A DNA stretch of 64,000 bases from Takakia lepidozioides. Its lineage: Eukaryota > Plantae > Bryophyta. Under the pieces are notes generated by a model. It saw nothing but the letters and a program-made list of their open reading frames with translations. It searched no databases and was not told where the DNA came from. A program made the translations under genes and the position numbers. This document shows positions 12,770-26,350 of the stretch, piece by piece (within the stretch, counting starts at the first letter, position 1; each line of letters opens with the position of its first letter). The stretch spans positions 248,001 through 312,000 of the forward strand of contig CM060733.1 of assembly GCA_030704615.1 (NCBI GenBank). Reading direction: 5' to 3'.

Positions 12770-15700
12770 CTAAGTCAGCTTCTTGATACCAGGGAAAGGT
12801 GGGCGGATGGCAATCAGTGGGTCTCCATATCCTACCGGTTCTGCATGTCAGAAACAGAAGGCCTTAGGAAGTAGACCTACTATGTCACCACCATAGCAAC
12901 ATGTTGCATATGAAGAAGTTATACAAGGTGCAGGAAGCATAAGGAGCAACGCCTGCCAATTTGACGATTAAATATGTGTCACTAAGCAGCTCCTGGATAC
13001 AAGAGGCACGTTAACGTCAACTGTTGCAAACCTCTCTTTGGCTACCATAAATACGAGAGGCAATAAAAACATGTGTGCAACGAAAAAGAGACTGACCTCC
13101 ATCTTTCCACAAGACCTTCACAACCTCACCTGAGGTTTCAGCCTGCAGTGATCAGTTTCAAAACTTAGTCTTCACACTAAGACAGTCATTTGGCCATCTC
13201 AAGTTTGCATAACTGCCTTCAACGAGGGAGTGCTCAATGTTTTCAGGCTTGTTCACTCACTCTAGGAAACTCAGAATTTTCAAAAGGGCTGGGTTCTGAA
13301 GCCCACTAAAGTTTGGTTAGTGCACATAATCTTAAACACATACTGTGCTTAACCTGAAAGGGCGCTTAAATAACAACTTTCTCTGTACACCACATTTGGA
13401 GACCTGCCTCAAGAGAGGAACATATAATCTCAAGAACACCTTCTTAGCCTGAAAAATTTCAGGCATCTTAAGTCAATCGTCTTTCCATATAGGAAGACTC
13501 TGCCTACCTCCACAGGTTGCTGGGTTCCTAGCTGCTCCAAGTAGCATACCACTTCACCCTCTTGAATCATATGTCCCTGCCATGCCATCCAACCACTGCC
13601 TCAACCCCCCGACTATTTTCCACCTGACAATTGCACATAAGATAGGCCTTGTAGAAACGTAAGTTTGTCCAAGTGTTACTTTCCTTTCAGAAGATGCACA
13701 TGAGTACACCAATAGAGCATTTCTGTGGTGATGATAAAACGAGAGCTCATTGGACAATGAGAGAAAATAAACGGACAGCTGTTACTAGAGCAATGACTCG
13801 ATCTTCAATTCTAGCTTGAACTGAAATCTATCTAAACATGCAGCTCATGTGACCATACAAATGTAAAAGAAAGAGTAACTTGATTTGAATACCAAGCTAC
13901 ATCTTGACGTTCATTATAGTTTGGTAGTAAGATTACACCAGTAGGTTTGATGAAAGGTCACACTTGCAGGGCACAGAATGCTCTGCAGAGGATAATCCAA
14001 AGCACAGTTCAATTACAAGAAAAGGCAGTTTAGCATAAAAGGGATCTTCTTAATAAAAGAAATCTGTGCCGCTGTGTAGGTTCAAATCGAACTATTCTGG
14101 TATGGCAGAAGAACCTAAGGGAGACTCAAGGTCTTCCAAAAACAGAAAGTCCAGAGCAGCAAAATGACGAGTGCATAGTCTTCTCCTTACATCAATTCAA
14201 CGATACCATGCGGACACACAGAAGGAAACATGTACAAACCCAGGCATTAGCACAGGCCTCATTCATCTCTATGTCGGAATGTCTCACCTCCTGGCATAGT
14301 GGCTTGCCAGTTTGGCCTTTGACAGTACGCCCCTTCCTAAAGAAGCCAACCTGCCCAACCAAGAATATACATCACTGTGAGATATGAGCAAATATCAGAC
14401 AGCAGGCAATCACCCACCTGAATCCAACAACTGATTACATAACTTTCACTTAAGCTCAAGATTCTCCAATGTGTGCCAGGCAAACAATGCTGTAAATATT
14501 AAACTGCAATCCTGTAGCCAGGAGAACACAGGCACCTATAACCATACACCGAGACACGGAATGATTTTCAAAGAAGAGAGTGATTACCTTGGGAGAGGTA
14601 ATAAAGAGCAGGCCTGCATCAGCGGCTGCTTCCAAGAGCCCATAGAGTGATGCTGGTTTGGAGGTGGACGATGAGGCCAGAACCAGACTGGAGGTACTGT
14701 AATGTGACTTGGATGAGGCTGGCACAGAGGGTGCAGGGGTGGAGTCAACCTTGGAATTGCTAGGCACTGGAGGTGGTACAGCAGCTGCTACAGTGGGTGG
14801 AGCAACTGTACCCTTTGGTTTAGCAATGTCTCTCTTCATATGCAGTGTGAAGGGTCCAACCTGCCCACCTTTCATGCTCCAATTTAGCAAAGCGGGAAGT
14901 ACAGACCAAATATTCTCGCCAACAGCTGATGCATGTGAACAATAATTGTGATCTCCCAAATATACAATGGTATGAGTCTAGTCCAATGTACTGCAACCAC
15001 AAAAGTCGAAGAATTGAGTGTCTAAGCTTTCTCTGCTATGTGTGACTTGATTTGATAGTGAACCATTGGGCATTTGTGGAGATGCCAGCTCACCTTTAGT
15101 TTTAGTTCAGCAATACTTGTCTCGTCGCAAACTTCCATCAGCAATGATTGTACCTGTGTGATCATCGTTTGAGGTTAAGACTCTCAAGCCATTTCTGCAG
15201 AGCCCAAGGACCTACTGTACACATGATTAGGAGCTTTAGAGATAGCATCTCCATCAAACATATTTTAGCACCACTACTTTGCTAGGATGCAGCAGTTATT
15301 TTGTGCTATGTCTCTATCCAGTTGTTTGGAGCTTGAAAGTCTGGCACTGCAATGAAGAACATGATCACGGAGTAACAACCTTCACATTGTGTTGTCACTC
15401 TCAGACAACTACAATAGAGAAAAACATGTGTTAATACCACTAGTTTGCTAGGATCCAGCAGTTATTCCTGGTACCTCTCCATCAAGTTGCTTTGACTTTG
15501 AAAGAACTGTTTGGAATTTGCTATGGGTGTATAATATTGAAGCAGATTTCAGGTTGTCACTCACCTCAAATGCATTTGGAGTAAGAGGGCTCAGGTCTTC
15601 TTCAGCTTCCTCTTTTGCTGCTTTGTCTGAAACAGAAATCTCTGCAATAGCAAGAGCTCTAAAATTGGACAGCACAATCAAGAGGATTATGATACTCTTC

Positions 15701-17227
15701 CTGTCAGCTTGTAAGGTCACTAACTGTACCATTCCCAGACTTAATCGCCTTACAATGTCTTGTTACAGTACTTGGGCAGTGCTCATTTTGCAAGAGTATA
15801 CCAGCTGCTGGTGACATCATAAGAAGAAGGGATTCAAAGTTCCGCACACAAAGTAGAAGCAAACACGTACCCTCAGAAGCTGTCAAATAGGAGCAGACAC
15901 AAAGTGAATGAGAGTTTCTGCTGGAGGGCCTCCAGAAAGGATAGGCAACCTGCAGCTGCACAGAGTTTCCAGCCACACCCAGCCTGGTAGAGGCTACTGC
16001 CTGCATGCCAGGCACTCCATTGCTGCTCTTACTTGAGAGGCCTTGCACCTTTAATGAAGCATTTGCTGCACCAGCTGCCACAACCCCACAAACTTCACCC
16101 TGTATAATTGGTTCCATAATTCATATACAGTCTCTAAGCTTACACGAATGGTAACAACTGGCATATAAATGATGATGGACGAATTGTTATGTTTGAGGCA
16201 ACAATCATATGACGAGAATTACGAAACTACTACTCTACAATTTATGTTAGGCATTCAACTTTGGGCTCCACAAGACAGTGATGTCTCTGCAGTGAAAATC
16301 AGTCACAAGTGGTTGCACTTCTCATCCAAGTATTGTTGATTAAAATGTACTGCACACATTCAACATCGACTTCTCTTTCTGCAAAATCGACTAAACTTTT
16401 AAAGGATACGGATGGACTTCGTGGAGAGACCAAGTAATTCGTATCACATTCATATTCAAATTCTTACTGCCCTCACATTTATATGAATTAAGTTCTTATG
16501 AATTCATATTCTAGGCGAAGGATGAGAGCGAAAGCCATCATCGCAACCAAGGACGAGGGCGCTAAGAATCCAGTTGACCCAAACTCGCAAAGACGTACTA
16601 CTTTGTGCACAAGGAAGAAGGAAGAGAGAAGGGGCACCCACTTCTACCATTGTGTCGCTACCGACACTTCTATAAAAGAAGTGCAGAATAACGAAAATGA
16701 TATGCATAATCCCCAGTGGACGGATGCCAGGGAGAAAGGTGTACTGAGGCTTTTGAATGACACCCATAACTTGTGTCTCGTCCGGTCATGACAGTGGCCT
16801 TGGTCGCCTGGCCAAGAAGTGATTACTACTATTTGCAGCAGCGTATGTTAGCAGAATCGCGCATTCTGGTGTCAGGTAATGTTGACGAGACGACTTGTCC
16901 GATATCATGTTATACTGGTGTAAGCAGAATTCCTCTGGAACCGGAGAAGCACTCCCTTGTTGCCTCCCCTTGTTGTCTACTTCTGTTCTTCTCTTGGTTC
17001 AGTCCTACTACCTATGGTTTTTCTGTTCTGAAACGATTTCCGCACGTACTGTGGTACACACCCTCACGCATGAGCAGAATTCAGGTATTCAAAGGAAGAA
17101 GGGACGCGCAAGGGGTCATCCTTACAAGGTTAAATTCTACAGACCCACACACACGAGACAGAGACAGAGACAGAGACAGAGAGCGCTAACCGTAAACTGA
17201 TGAAGCAAGAGAGGTTGCCATCGCCAT
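12770..17227 (-). CDS. BADC: BADC (biotin/lipoyl attachment domain-containing, non-biotinylated BCCP-like ACCase subunit), ~9 exons
   Basis: Exons with GT-AG borders: 17227-17191 (MAMATSLASSVY), 16074-15871, two short exons ~15804-15566 (..LTPNAFE), 15153-15094 (VQSLLMEVCDETSIAELKLK), 14860-14588 (VGPFTLHMKRD...ITSPK), 14350-14288 (VGFFRKGRTVKGQTGKPLCQE), 13576-13508 (GEVVCYLEQLGTQQPVE, no AMKM lysine), 13142-13097 and 12840-12770 (EPVGYGDPLIAIRPPFPGIKKLT*). Transit-peptide exon borders are less certain. Confidence 0.9.
17155..17182 (+). repeat. (GAGACA)n microsatellite in BADC intron 1
   Basis: gagacagagacagagacagagacagaga read directly from the sequence. Confidence 0.9.
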
Positions 17228-18418
17228 TGCCACCGGACACGAGCTTCAACGACTCAGCACTTGGGCGCCTGGCTACTCTGACGAGCTTAGTAATGCGAAA
17301 GGGATGGTTGGGGAGGCAGGCACTGCAACCGAGGATACTAGAGCGACGGATCTCTCAATGCAGCACGAGCCGTGCGGAATGTTAGTCGCACGGAGAGAGG
17401 GACCCAGTTCTTTTTCACTGTCCCTCTTCACTCACTTGTTCACTGCCCTCCTGCCCAACAAGCCTCTTGTGTAAAAACACTGGGACCAAAACCTGTGCAC
17501 AAACGACTAAACAGAAGCCGACAGACTCTGTTAACTCTCTCTCTTTACCCAGACTCTGATTTGCAGCAACTGTGTTGGTGATTGCATTAGCATTGAGTAA
17601 GTTAAGCACGCTTTGCCATCATTATTTCCCGGGGGCAGTGTAGGTTCAAGAATGGACTCAGATTTTCTAGTCCAATTGTTTTCAAGTTGTGAGGAATGTG
17701 GTGACAGACCAAGTAATCATTTACAGATACTCTTATTAGATTTCATGGGGCCAGGGCTTTGGTGGGATTGAGCCTCACCGTTGAGTGATGTTGATGGCTT
17801 GCTTGATGACATAAGAATTGGGAGGCGGTAAGTGTAACAACCTGGATTGAAATCTCTTGACAGTGGTAAAGAGAAATGTGGGACCGATTGGTAGTTCACA
17901 TCCGGTCCACACACTTGTTTAGAACTCATCAATACTTGAAATGATTTCAAATGTATGGAGGTTGCTTTCACTTTGCATTGCACAAAAGGGCCTTGGCAGG
18001 TCCAGCAACTCTACACCAAGGCCTTCATACACAAGGGGCTTTGAAGTAGCTCTAATATACACAGGATAACTATCCATAGAGATTTTTGTTCGTATGGTTC
18101 TTCAGTCTGCGATCAGAATGGATCCTTCCACTAGTCACTCCTCCATGATCCCACCAAAGAAATTCGACCCTACTATGGAAGCAAACAAGGGTCACAAGTG
18201 AAGGCTATCAAAGCCATTTCTACTTCTATGTTGCAGATATTATGAGCCCAAGTTGGTTTCCAAAGTCGAGCTAGTACAATGTAAATACACAGCCGCACAG
18301 GCAGCTTCTACGCCATCTTGTTGCTGACAGTAAATCTGCAAGTTAAGTACAGGCCTCATGTGGAACCTGCAGTACGCAAATTATAATACAACAATTTGCC
18401 AACCTCCATGACTGACGA

Positions 18419-20850
18419 TCATGCCCTCCTTTTAAAAACAAAGAGAGAGCCTCGCGATCCCCTTCCAAGCCTCACAACATCATCAAGGTATACGATGGCA
18501 AGTTTAACAGTGCTGTTGCCTCCATATTGCAACTTAAATGACCCCAACTGCACAGTGGGTGGCTCAAATGTAACTTCTACCCATTTGCTGTCGAGTAGTT
18601 TAAGCTTACCTACAAAAATCAGGCAAACAGAAGCATGCTCACAATCGTGTATCGACAGACTGGATGGTATCAAGTCAAACAAGCTAATTGACTGGTACAA
18701 GGCAACTCAGCACACTACAGATTGTCTTCATTGCGTTCAGCCAAAGAGTGCACAGAGGAGAGGAGGGGACGAGAGTAAGATGATCTGAGGTCTTCCTCCT
18801 TCAAGAGAGAATCCATTTCAGCCAGCACTAGGTGTACAACTCAGCTAGCAACTAATTATTTTAGCCCATGCTCCAGAGGGAGGGGGTGGTGCTTTCATAA
18901 CAGTAGCAAGGTGTTACTAGAGCCAAGTACTCAAACAAGGGCACATGTAGAAGCCCTTGGTTTGCAAAAGTATTCATAGATTCAGAGTAGTGATAGAGGT
19001 CTCCACTCTCTGCATGCTGGCATACTAAGCAGCACTTCAAAGTGCTTCAAGAGCCTGAGTGAGTCTGTTGCTAGTGGCCATAATTCAGCAGTAAGGTGAC
19101 TGCTCCTTCAGCTCTTGCCTGCTCATCTCCCAAATGAGGAGAGCAGCCAGGGCCTCTACACATTTAGGGCAGTTGCTGTAGGTTAGGACCTAGGGAAAAC
19201 CCTAAATTAGTCACCCTGTTTCCCATTTTCCCATTCTGTTCAGGGCCCAAAAAATTCTTGACAGAATAACATGATCAGACAGATCGTCAGTGGTGTTACC
19301 AGCATTCAAGGAAAGAGAATGTACTCATACCGTTCCCTGCGAATGTTGGCTTGCCATAGCCTTACGGCACCCAGAGGAGAGAGAGAGAGAGCCCAATACG
19401 TTCCAGTTTTTGGTGTATGCTCATCTAGAAAGCATGAGGATGATTCCAGCAATACTGCTCTAGCCCTCTAGCTGGCAACTTATGTGCCGATTGTGGCTGT
19501 GGTTGCACTGCCACTAACATTGCTCAAGAACACGGTCAGAAAAAAGAGAGGAAGAGACGGACCTTGCAATGTAACTTTGCCATCAAACAGACCAAACGCT
19601 GCAAAACTGACTTTGTTAATTACCCCATTAGGGGCAGCAATGGTTTGAACCATCTCCCTTGTCTTCATAACAGTGCGCCCCAGCAGGCTGCGGTAGTAGC
19701 CACCAGGAGCTGTAGGGTTGCTGCTGTAGGCCACGTCCCAGTCTACTCACACCAACCACCTCGGTCAGGCACTTGCACCTCTATTTTCCCACGGCATGCC
19801 ACCGTGCCCAAACATCAGTTAGTTGGAACCTCAAGTACAAACATCACAGCTCTGTCAGCCACAATACCCAACTGAACATCCACAACTCAAATGTAATGCA
19901 TGTTGACACTGACAAGCCACTGCAGCACCTTGCTAATGTCATAAAATCCTTGAGGCTACTTCAAACAGATGTTCACTCAGGGAGATTTCACAACTCACGT
20001 GAACAGAACCACGGCCCCTGTCTGCCTCCCCAGACCAAGCGCAGAGTCTGTGCCGAGAGAATACCGGAAGCAAACTCTGGGGACATCATCTGCCTATCTG
20101 CAATGTACTCAGAAAGAAGTGCAACCCATGTCCTCCCTCACAATCTCACCTCCAAAAATTAGGGGACTTTCAAGCGGCTGAGGAATGCAGAAGTTCTCCA
20201 ATTTACTGACAACCTCCGCAACTGCAGCTTGTTCTTGCTGTCCAATCTGCGTTCCTCTATCTGTCCCCTCTACCTGCACAAATGCATCATCTTTCAATTC
20301 AATCTCACCTCCCCACCGTGAAAGGAGGAGAAGTAGGCCATCTCCAACTGAAGGGTTTTGAAGATCACAAAGAATAACGAGTCAATTGTGAGCCCCCATG
20401 TGAAACACTGCACAATTTGATGAGCTCGACATGCGGGCAAGTGCATATAGGAAACTCAACAGGTGTTGCTATAGTTTTCCTCACGTTCTCTGGTCCACCC
20501 ATAGTTGCTTTTGCCCATTTTCTCTGTGCCACAAGTACAATTTGGAAGTACAATATTCCGTCGGACAATTTTTCCACACGAAGACACATCGTGAGACAAA
20601 CGAGATGGAGAAGATGTGTGCAGACCAGGGCGAGAAGAGTGCTGACAAGAGCAGCGGGAGAAGCATTGGTCTCCACTATCGACGCCACCACTTGCATGCA
20701 TTGCCTTTGCTCCCTTCTGGGCAGTACTAGCCCGTGCTTCCCACTGTTCCGGCCTCCAAAGCAGAGTCCCGTGGGTCGGGATCCCTTCCAAGTACATGAG
20801 ATGTGCTCAAAAGAGGAGAGCGGCAGCGACAAACACTGCATGCTTGCCAT
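18419..20850 (-). CDS. FBN6: Fibrillin / plastid-lipid-associated protein PAP8 (FBN6-like), 4 exons: 20850-20626, 20273-20150, 19742-19563, 18609-18419
   Basis: A transit peptide followed by LVSTLLAL|VEGTDRG...PLIFG|DWDVAYSSNPTAPGGYYRS...KTREMVQ...DGKVTLQG|KLKLLDSKWVEVTFEPP...RLGRGSRGSLFVFKRRA*. This is collinear with Arabidopsis PAP8/FBN6, and splice phases are compatible. Confidence 0.92.
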
Positions 20851-22019
20851 GGCAGCAGCACTGTGTTCGACTAGCTACTCACAGCTATCATTCTAAACCC
20901 CATTCTAAACCCTAGACGCTCAACCCTAACTAAACCCTCACAATCATCCCATCTGCTACTTTCTATGTGAGAAAACAGCCTACAGGCCAACTACCCTGCA
21001 ACGGTAACCTCCGGCGGCCTCCAACACTCGCCGGCGACGGAAGCCCAAAAGAGCCACTCTGGAAAAGATTCCAAAATACCATGGACCTGAAGACAAGATG
21101 CCAAAAACCATAGGACTTGGGAAGAATATTCTTTGATCTCAAGATAAGATTCTCTTTTCAACGACATTATTAAGAGAATCTCTTTTATCCTCAAGGAAAG
21201 ATCCTTTTATGCTCGAGACAAGATTCTCTTGGGCTTGACATTGAACCTCAGGCCAAAATACGTATAATACCTTCCAACAAAGTCGTATAAAGTAAATTTA
21301 ATACATATATTTTATTGGCATTTCCTCATCGGTCAGCTTTAAGTAAAAAATTTTAGCCTAAGGACATAAGGCTTGAGGTTGTAAAACCTGGGGCAATTTG
21401 GCTTGGGCGTAGGCTTTGAGGTCGTTTGTCTATAACTAGGCCTTAGGCCCTAAAACTAGATCCGAGGCCACATGACCTCAGGCCCTAAAACCCTAGGCCA
21501 CATGTATATAATATGTTTTTAATATTTTCGGAAAATTGGGGAACAAAGACGGGAACCGCCCGGTTTAGGGCAGCTCAAGGCCAGAGTTTTGTCGCTGCGC
21601 GGCAGAGGAGCTCTTCCCAGATCGAGAGAGTACACCAAGCAAACTCTGGTCTTGTGTGTCATGTCTGAGGGCTTCATTGCATACCACTGATCCTCTTTCA
21701 AAGGAACAACCGCTTGACTGTCCAGGCTTTGCAGGTAACAGTGAGCTCATTCGATCCTTTGCTGTCTTCCACGGTGCCATGTTTATGATTCCATGGAGAT
21801 TTTCATTCCTGCAGAGTTTGTTCGGCTTTTGTGCATGGCATTGCTGTAGCAAGCGCCCCAGCTGAAACCAAGGAACTTGGCCTGCAGAATCAGAAGCTTG
21901 AAGTCACAGCGGGTGGAAGCTTGTCTTCCAAGTTTTTGGCAGCAGATGACACTGCAGCGCGGAAAAGAATGCTCTGCTCGGAAGAAGGCTCTGATCCAAC
22001 TAGGTAGTGCACTTCCAAA

Positions 22020-22110
22020 TTCATGTCTTGAACCCTGTATTTTGGTAGACCCTGCTAAAAATGCCGCTTTTGCTGTCTGATACTCCTCTAACGAGAAGCA
22101 AGCAATCTTG
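22020..22110 (-). pseudogene. SGT1: SGT1 TPR-domain exon fragment
   Basis: IACFSLEEYQTAKAAFLAGS resembles plant SGT1 G.AC.KLEEY.TAK.AL..GA. Confidence 0.7.
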
Positions 22111-22678
22111 CACAACAATAGGCCCACTCATTATGTTCAATTTCCCATAGTTGCTATCGGAATCTCCAGGCAAGGATAAGCATTAAAGATGTGTTAGTAA
22201 CCTATGACCAAATAGTAAAAGATCCCATGCAAGGTTCTATGCATCCAGGTTGTGTGAGCAGCAATAAGCTGCAAACTAATCAAGCAACAACTGATAGAAA
22301 CCCTGATAGTTGTGTGTATCTGTGACTTGGCAGAGGACTGGGCATAAATGACATTTGGTGGGTCTCAAAAGTGGGTCCACATCTGAACTTTGTCACTTGG
22401 GGCTGCAAGTTATCGTGATTCAGGGGTGACTCTAACTGAATCACCATTGACAAGGACAGTAGTGGCAAGTAAATTCTACCTTTGGAGAGAAGCTACATGT
22501 GGATGAGAAGCTTTGTTACCAAATTTTGCAAATACAAGATCCATTATGCATAGGTGACTACCATCCATGTATCTGTGTGGTGCCGTGAAGAGCTAATTGG
22601 TGCTTTACATCTCACCATGGGATTGCAGGTGGTGTTTAGGGAAGACACCACTGTGGACGACTTGATTTATGTGATAGA

Positions 22679-22801
22679 AGGCTAAATACAGCAGTGGTGG
22701 GACTAGCCAACAACTGACAATGCAGTACCTGGACAGTTTCTTTTTTCAAAGGACGTTCATCCAAGAAGCAAGAAAAACACTTTGATGCTGTCATCTTGAC
22801 A
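22679..22801 (+). pseudogene. Protoporphyrinogen oxidase (PPO2-like) exon fragment
   Basis: RLNTAVVGLANN*QCSTWTVSFFKGRSSKKQEKHFDAVILT followed by a GTGAGT donor. It resembles PPO2 LNSKVLSL...W...FDAVIMT and has an internal stop. Confidence 0.5.
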
Positions 22802-22849
22802 GTGAGTTGCAATGCCTTGCTGTCTTTACCCTGTAATTGGCTATATCTG

Positions 22850-23292
22850 GAAGTGCACCAGTATGCACATTTTCTTTGAGATGTGGAAAATGCAAGAGAT
22901 ATCCGAGAGTAACTGCTGCTCAATCTGATGCTCTGTGAAGTTCCTGGTGTGGTTGGCTTCACTCTCTTGCCAATTAAAGTTATCTCTCTGAAGTACTGAA
23001 TGACTTGGTGAGAAAATGGCAGTCACAGGTTTGACAATATGGATTATTCATTCTGGTTTCTGTTCCAGGAGCATGTTGTCCCTCGAACTTGTTTTCTTAT
23101 GCTGCAATCATCCTCACTCAAACAGACTGCTGCTCAGATGGATTGCAGGGATATCAGCAGATGAGAAGGCAAGACTGCTACACTGTGTTGTTGTAGGTGG
23201 TGGTCCTACAGGGGTGAGCTCAGTGACTTCATCAGGAGAGACGTCTACGGCTAGTTCGGCCGTGTGAAAGATTTTACATTGATGTGATGGAG
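22850..23292 (+). pseudogene. Type II alternative NAD(P)H dehydrogenase (NDA-type) two-exon fragment with retained intron
   Basis: HQYAHFL*DVENARDIRE*LLLNLMLCEVP, an intron, then GISADEKARLLHCVVVGGGPTG-(deletion)-GELSDFIRRDV. Stops and a frameshift are present. Confidence 0.85.
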
Positions 23293-23959
23293 GTGTGTGC
23301 TCCAAGTAGAGAGGCGCATGAGTTACTGATGTCTCAGGTGCTTTTTATACTCTTACAGTCTTTTTTTCCCAATGACAATGTTTTTGCAATGTGGTGGTTA
23401 CTGATTCAAGATGTTATTGCTTGGGAGGTGCAGCTGGAAAATTTTCAGTACGACAGCGAGCGATTTGAAGTCTGTTCACAAGTCAGCTGCAATTAAGTGC
23501 AGTAGACAGCAGTCTAGTTCTGCTGCCATCTTCAGCACACTCTCTTCTTCATCCTCACATGCTGCCGCAGCTGCTTCATCTGCTTTTGCACGCATCTGGC
23601 ATCGAGTGCATATGGCTGATCAATTAGCCACACTTCTCATAGGGACTGCTCGGTAGACAAGCTAGACAAGCTAGACCACCAAGTCAGAATACATGAAGCA
23701 GCTTAAGCCTAAATGCATTTTTGGTAGTGGATAGCGGCAACGCCTGGAGCTTCATGCAAGCAAGACAAGAGACATAGAAGTTTGAGGAAAATTTCCTATT
23801 TAGGTTGTACATATGTAAGATGTACTATATGCCATAAATACTCAATTTCCAAAATGTGTCACAGAATATGCCCAGAACCGGCTTAGAAATTACCTGTACA
23901 TAAAAACATGCCACCTGTTCTATTAGTTTAGTCCTCAATGCCTGTCAGTCTACGACACA

Positions 23960-24665
23960 TCATCATACTACTCACACCCCAGATCCTTCCAGATCCTTCC
24001 AGGAATAAATGGGTGTGCCAACCGTGCTCTCTCATTCCCAAAAGAGCTGGCAAGTGTGTCTGTCTACTTGTATGCTTGCTCTAAGACCGCTCCACAGGCT
24101 CCTTCACGGCCACTCAAGTGCTCTTTAGTCTTGCAACGTGGGCTGCCAACAACCAACCATGGACAGCATCCTCCCCTGTTGTTAATTGGTGTAACACCAG
24201 GTCTGTTCACTTCTCCCCAAAGCTCAACAAAACCGTTCATTCTGGAACCTCTGTACGTTTCCAGCATCCTGGTGCAGTCCGAACCAGCAATATCAGTCTC
24301 TCTCTAGACCGCAGTTCGACAGGCCACGAAACAGAGCCGGTCTGCAGATCCTCCATATGCACCATGCAACCACAATTGTCATCTGTCAATACTCTCCTCC
24401 ACTCACGCAGATTAATACATGCGTAATATGGACTTCATCTGGGATGAAATCACTTGAGCTGTTGTAAAACCTGAGACAAACTCAAAGCGCCAGAGCTACA
24501 TAAAAGTGGAGATCCAGAAGAGAGAGAGGGAGATCTTCATGAAGTCAGCCACCAGCATGGCAGTGCGTTGTGCATTGAGTGTACTGATAGGGGCTGCCCG
24601 TATCTCCTGTGTCACACTGTATGAATGGATGGCTGAAAGCAAAGGTGCCAATAACAACTGCCCCA
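23960..24665 (-). pseudogene. RUS-family (DUF647, RUS6-like) C-terminal fragments
   Basis: LLLAPLLSAIHSYSVTQEIRAAPISTLNAQRTAMLVADFMK (24660-24537). Frameshifted LLSFGEK*TDLVLHQLTTGEDAVHGWLLAAHV...VLEQAYK...GWHTHLFLEGSG (24260-23960). Confidence 0.8.
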
Positions 24666-26236
24666 TCAAACCCCTTAGAACATCAAACCTCCTTAGAATC
24701 TTATACAACACCAAACCCCCTTTCTCAAGGTATAACAAAGCAAGCTCGAAAGGTGAATAGGAGGCAATGGCATCTTGCATATGCAGAATGATTGATTGCA
24801 CAAAATTGGCCTATATATTAAGTAGACAGATACATGTGCAGATACAAAGAATGGATTGGGTAAATAGCATTTACAAACCTATCGCAAAAATAGTAACCAA
24901 GGGCTTCAAACAATATTTTTCCCAATGTCGTCTTCGCACTACCCATTATGCCTGCAACAGCAACCAAGAAATCTATAAGTCACCATTGTGCACACACAGC
25001 AGCCAAACAACATAAACAGCTGTCTTGTTCTAAAAAACATTTGATGTTCACAGCAAATAATATTTGACAATGTGGTCAGTAGGGGCACTCATTCGAATAA
25101 AACGACACTACAGCTGCCTGTACAGGAAAGGATGTAAGTTCAAGCTCACTCACTTGGAGTTTCCACCTCTATACCATGAAGTTGATGAACAGTCCCATTG
25201 CCAGGCGGCTGCCACAGTACACCGGTAAATGTCAGTCCCCAGAACACCCCATTGCCTTCGATCAATCAGGAGTGAACGTCAGAAAATAATCCTACTTGCA
25301 GTCTCCACTTCCATTTGGTCTCTCTCTCAGGTAGACAATATCTGTCAGGGAGTCAGATGCACATTTGCACATCTACACGGAAATCAAGAAACAAATCTGC
25401 ATCATACTCCAGTCTGGTGGAAACTGTTCTGACACAATCTCTCCCATTAGTACAACTCTAGTCTCTACCTCCTATTATATAGTATTGCTGCAGCACAATG
25501 ATAAATAAAACTGCTTGCTGGCATTTAACTTTGGAGAGACCAATGTGATTCCTAGTGGACCAGCTTACCACACTTGCTTTGATTACATAAGTAAACCATC
25601 CTAAAGAAACATGTCGTTCAGGGGAATTACCAACTCATCTACGGCCGCCGCACTATCCTGAATGTAGAGCTCACTGGCCTTGACGTTTCGGAGAGAGACT
25701 CCAACCCTGGAATCAGGTCTTGCTGCTTCCCACCTACACGCACCTTGCCATGAAACACTTCCAAAGCGATCCGATGACGATGACACGGATTGCCAAGTTC
25801 CCTTTTCAATAAGTGATGACGACAATGGCAATCTCTGCCGTACAAAGCCCCCCTTCACCGGAAGGTAGGGGGTTGGAGGCATGCGTGACTACGGCCAACT
25901 GCTGCTCATGGCCTGCTAGTACTACAATTGGACCTGCCAAAGATGAAACAAATCTCTGCAAGGCCATTCAAGTTTTATTAGGCAATGAGACTTTGTGACA
26001 CCACTTCCACTTTCAAACAAATTCACATGGGGAAAGGGCTAAGGCAAGCTACGGATGTACTGGGGCCTATCTTGCTGGGCAAGTCAGAATTGCAGTCAGA
26101 ATTGCAAACGTGTTGCTGCAAAAACAGGAATTTTGAGGTGAGGCAGCCAATCTTCTTGCAGACCGAAAGCCGTAAAGTATAGAAAAGGACATAGATGGAC
26201 AGGATTGCTCAGTCGTTAGAATGGGAAATGTCATAC

Positions 26237-26350
26237 CTGCAAGCCAGCTTCAGAGCAAACTCGAAGAAAATGAAGACCAGTAGCTGCTGCAGCCCAACCA
26301 TTGCCAATTACCACTGCCTTGACCTCCTCTTCAATAGGAAACTGCATCGA
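26237..26350 (-). pseudogene. N-terminal Rossmann-fold exon fragment of an FAD-dependent oxidoreductase
   Basis: EEEVKAVVIGNGWAAAATGLH...EAGLQ followed by a GTATGA donor. It resembles a degenerate VVVGSGWAGL dinucleotide-binding motif and abuts the right inverted repeat. Confidence 0.45.
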
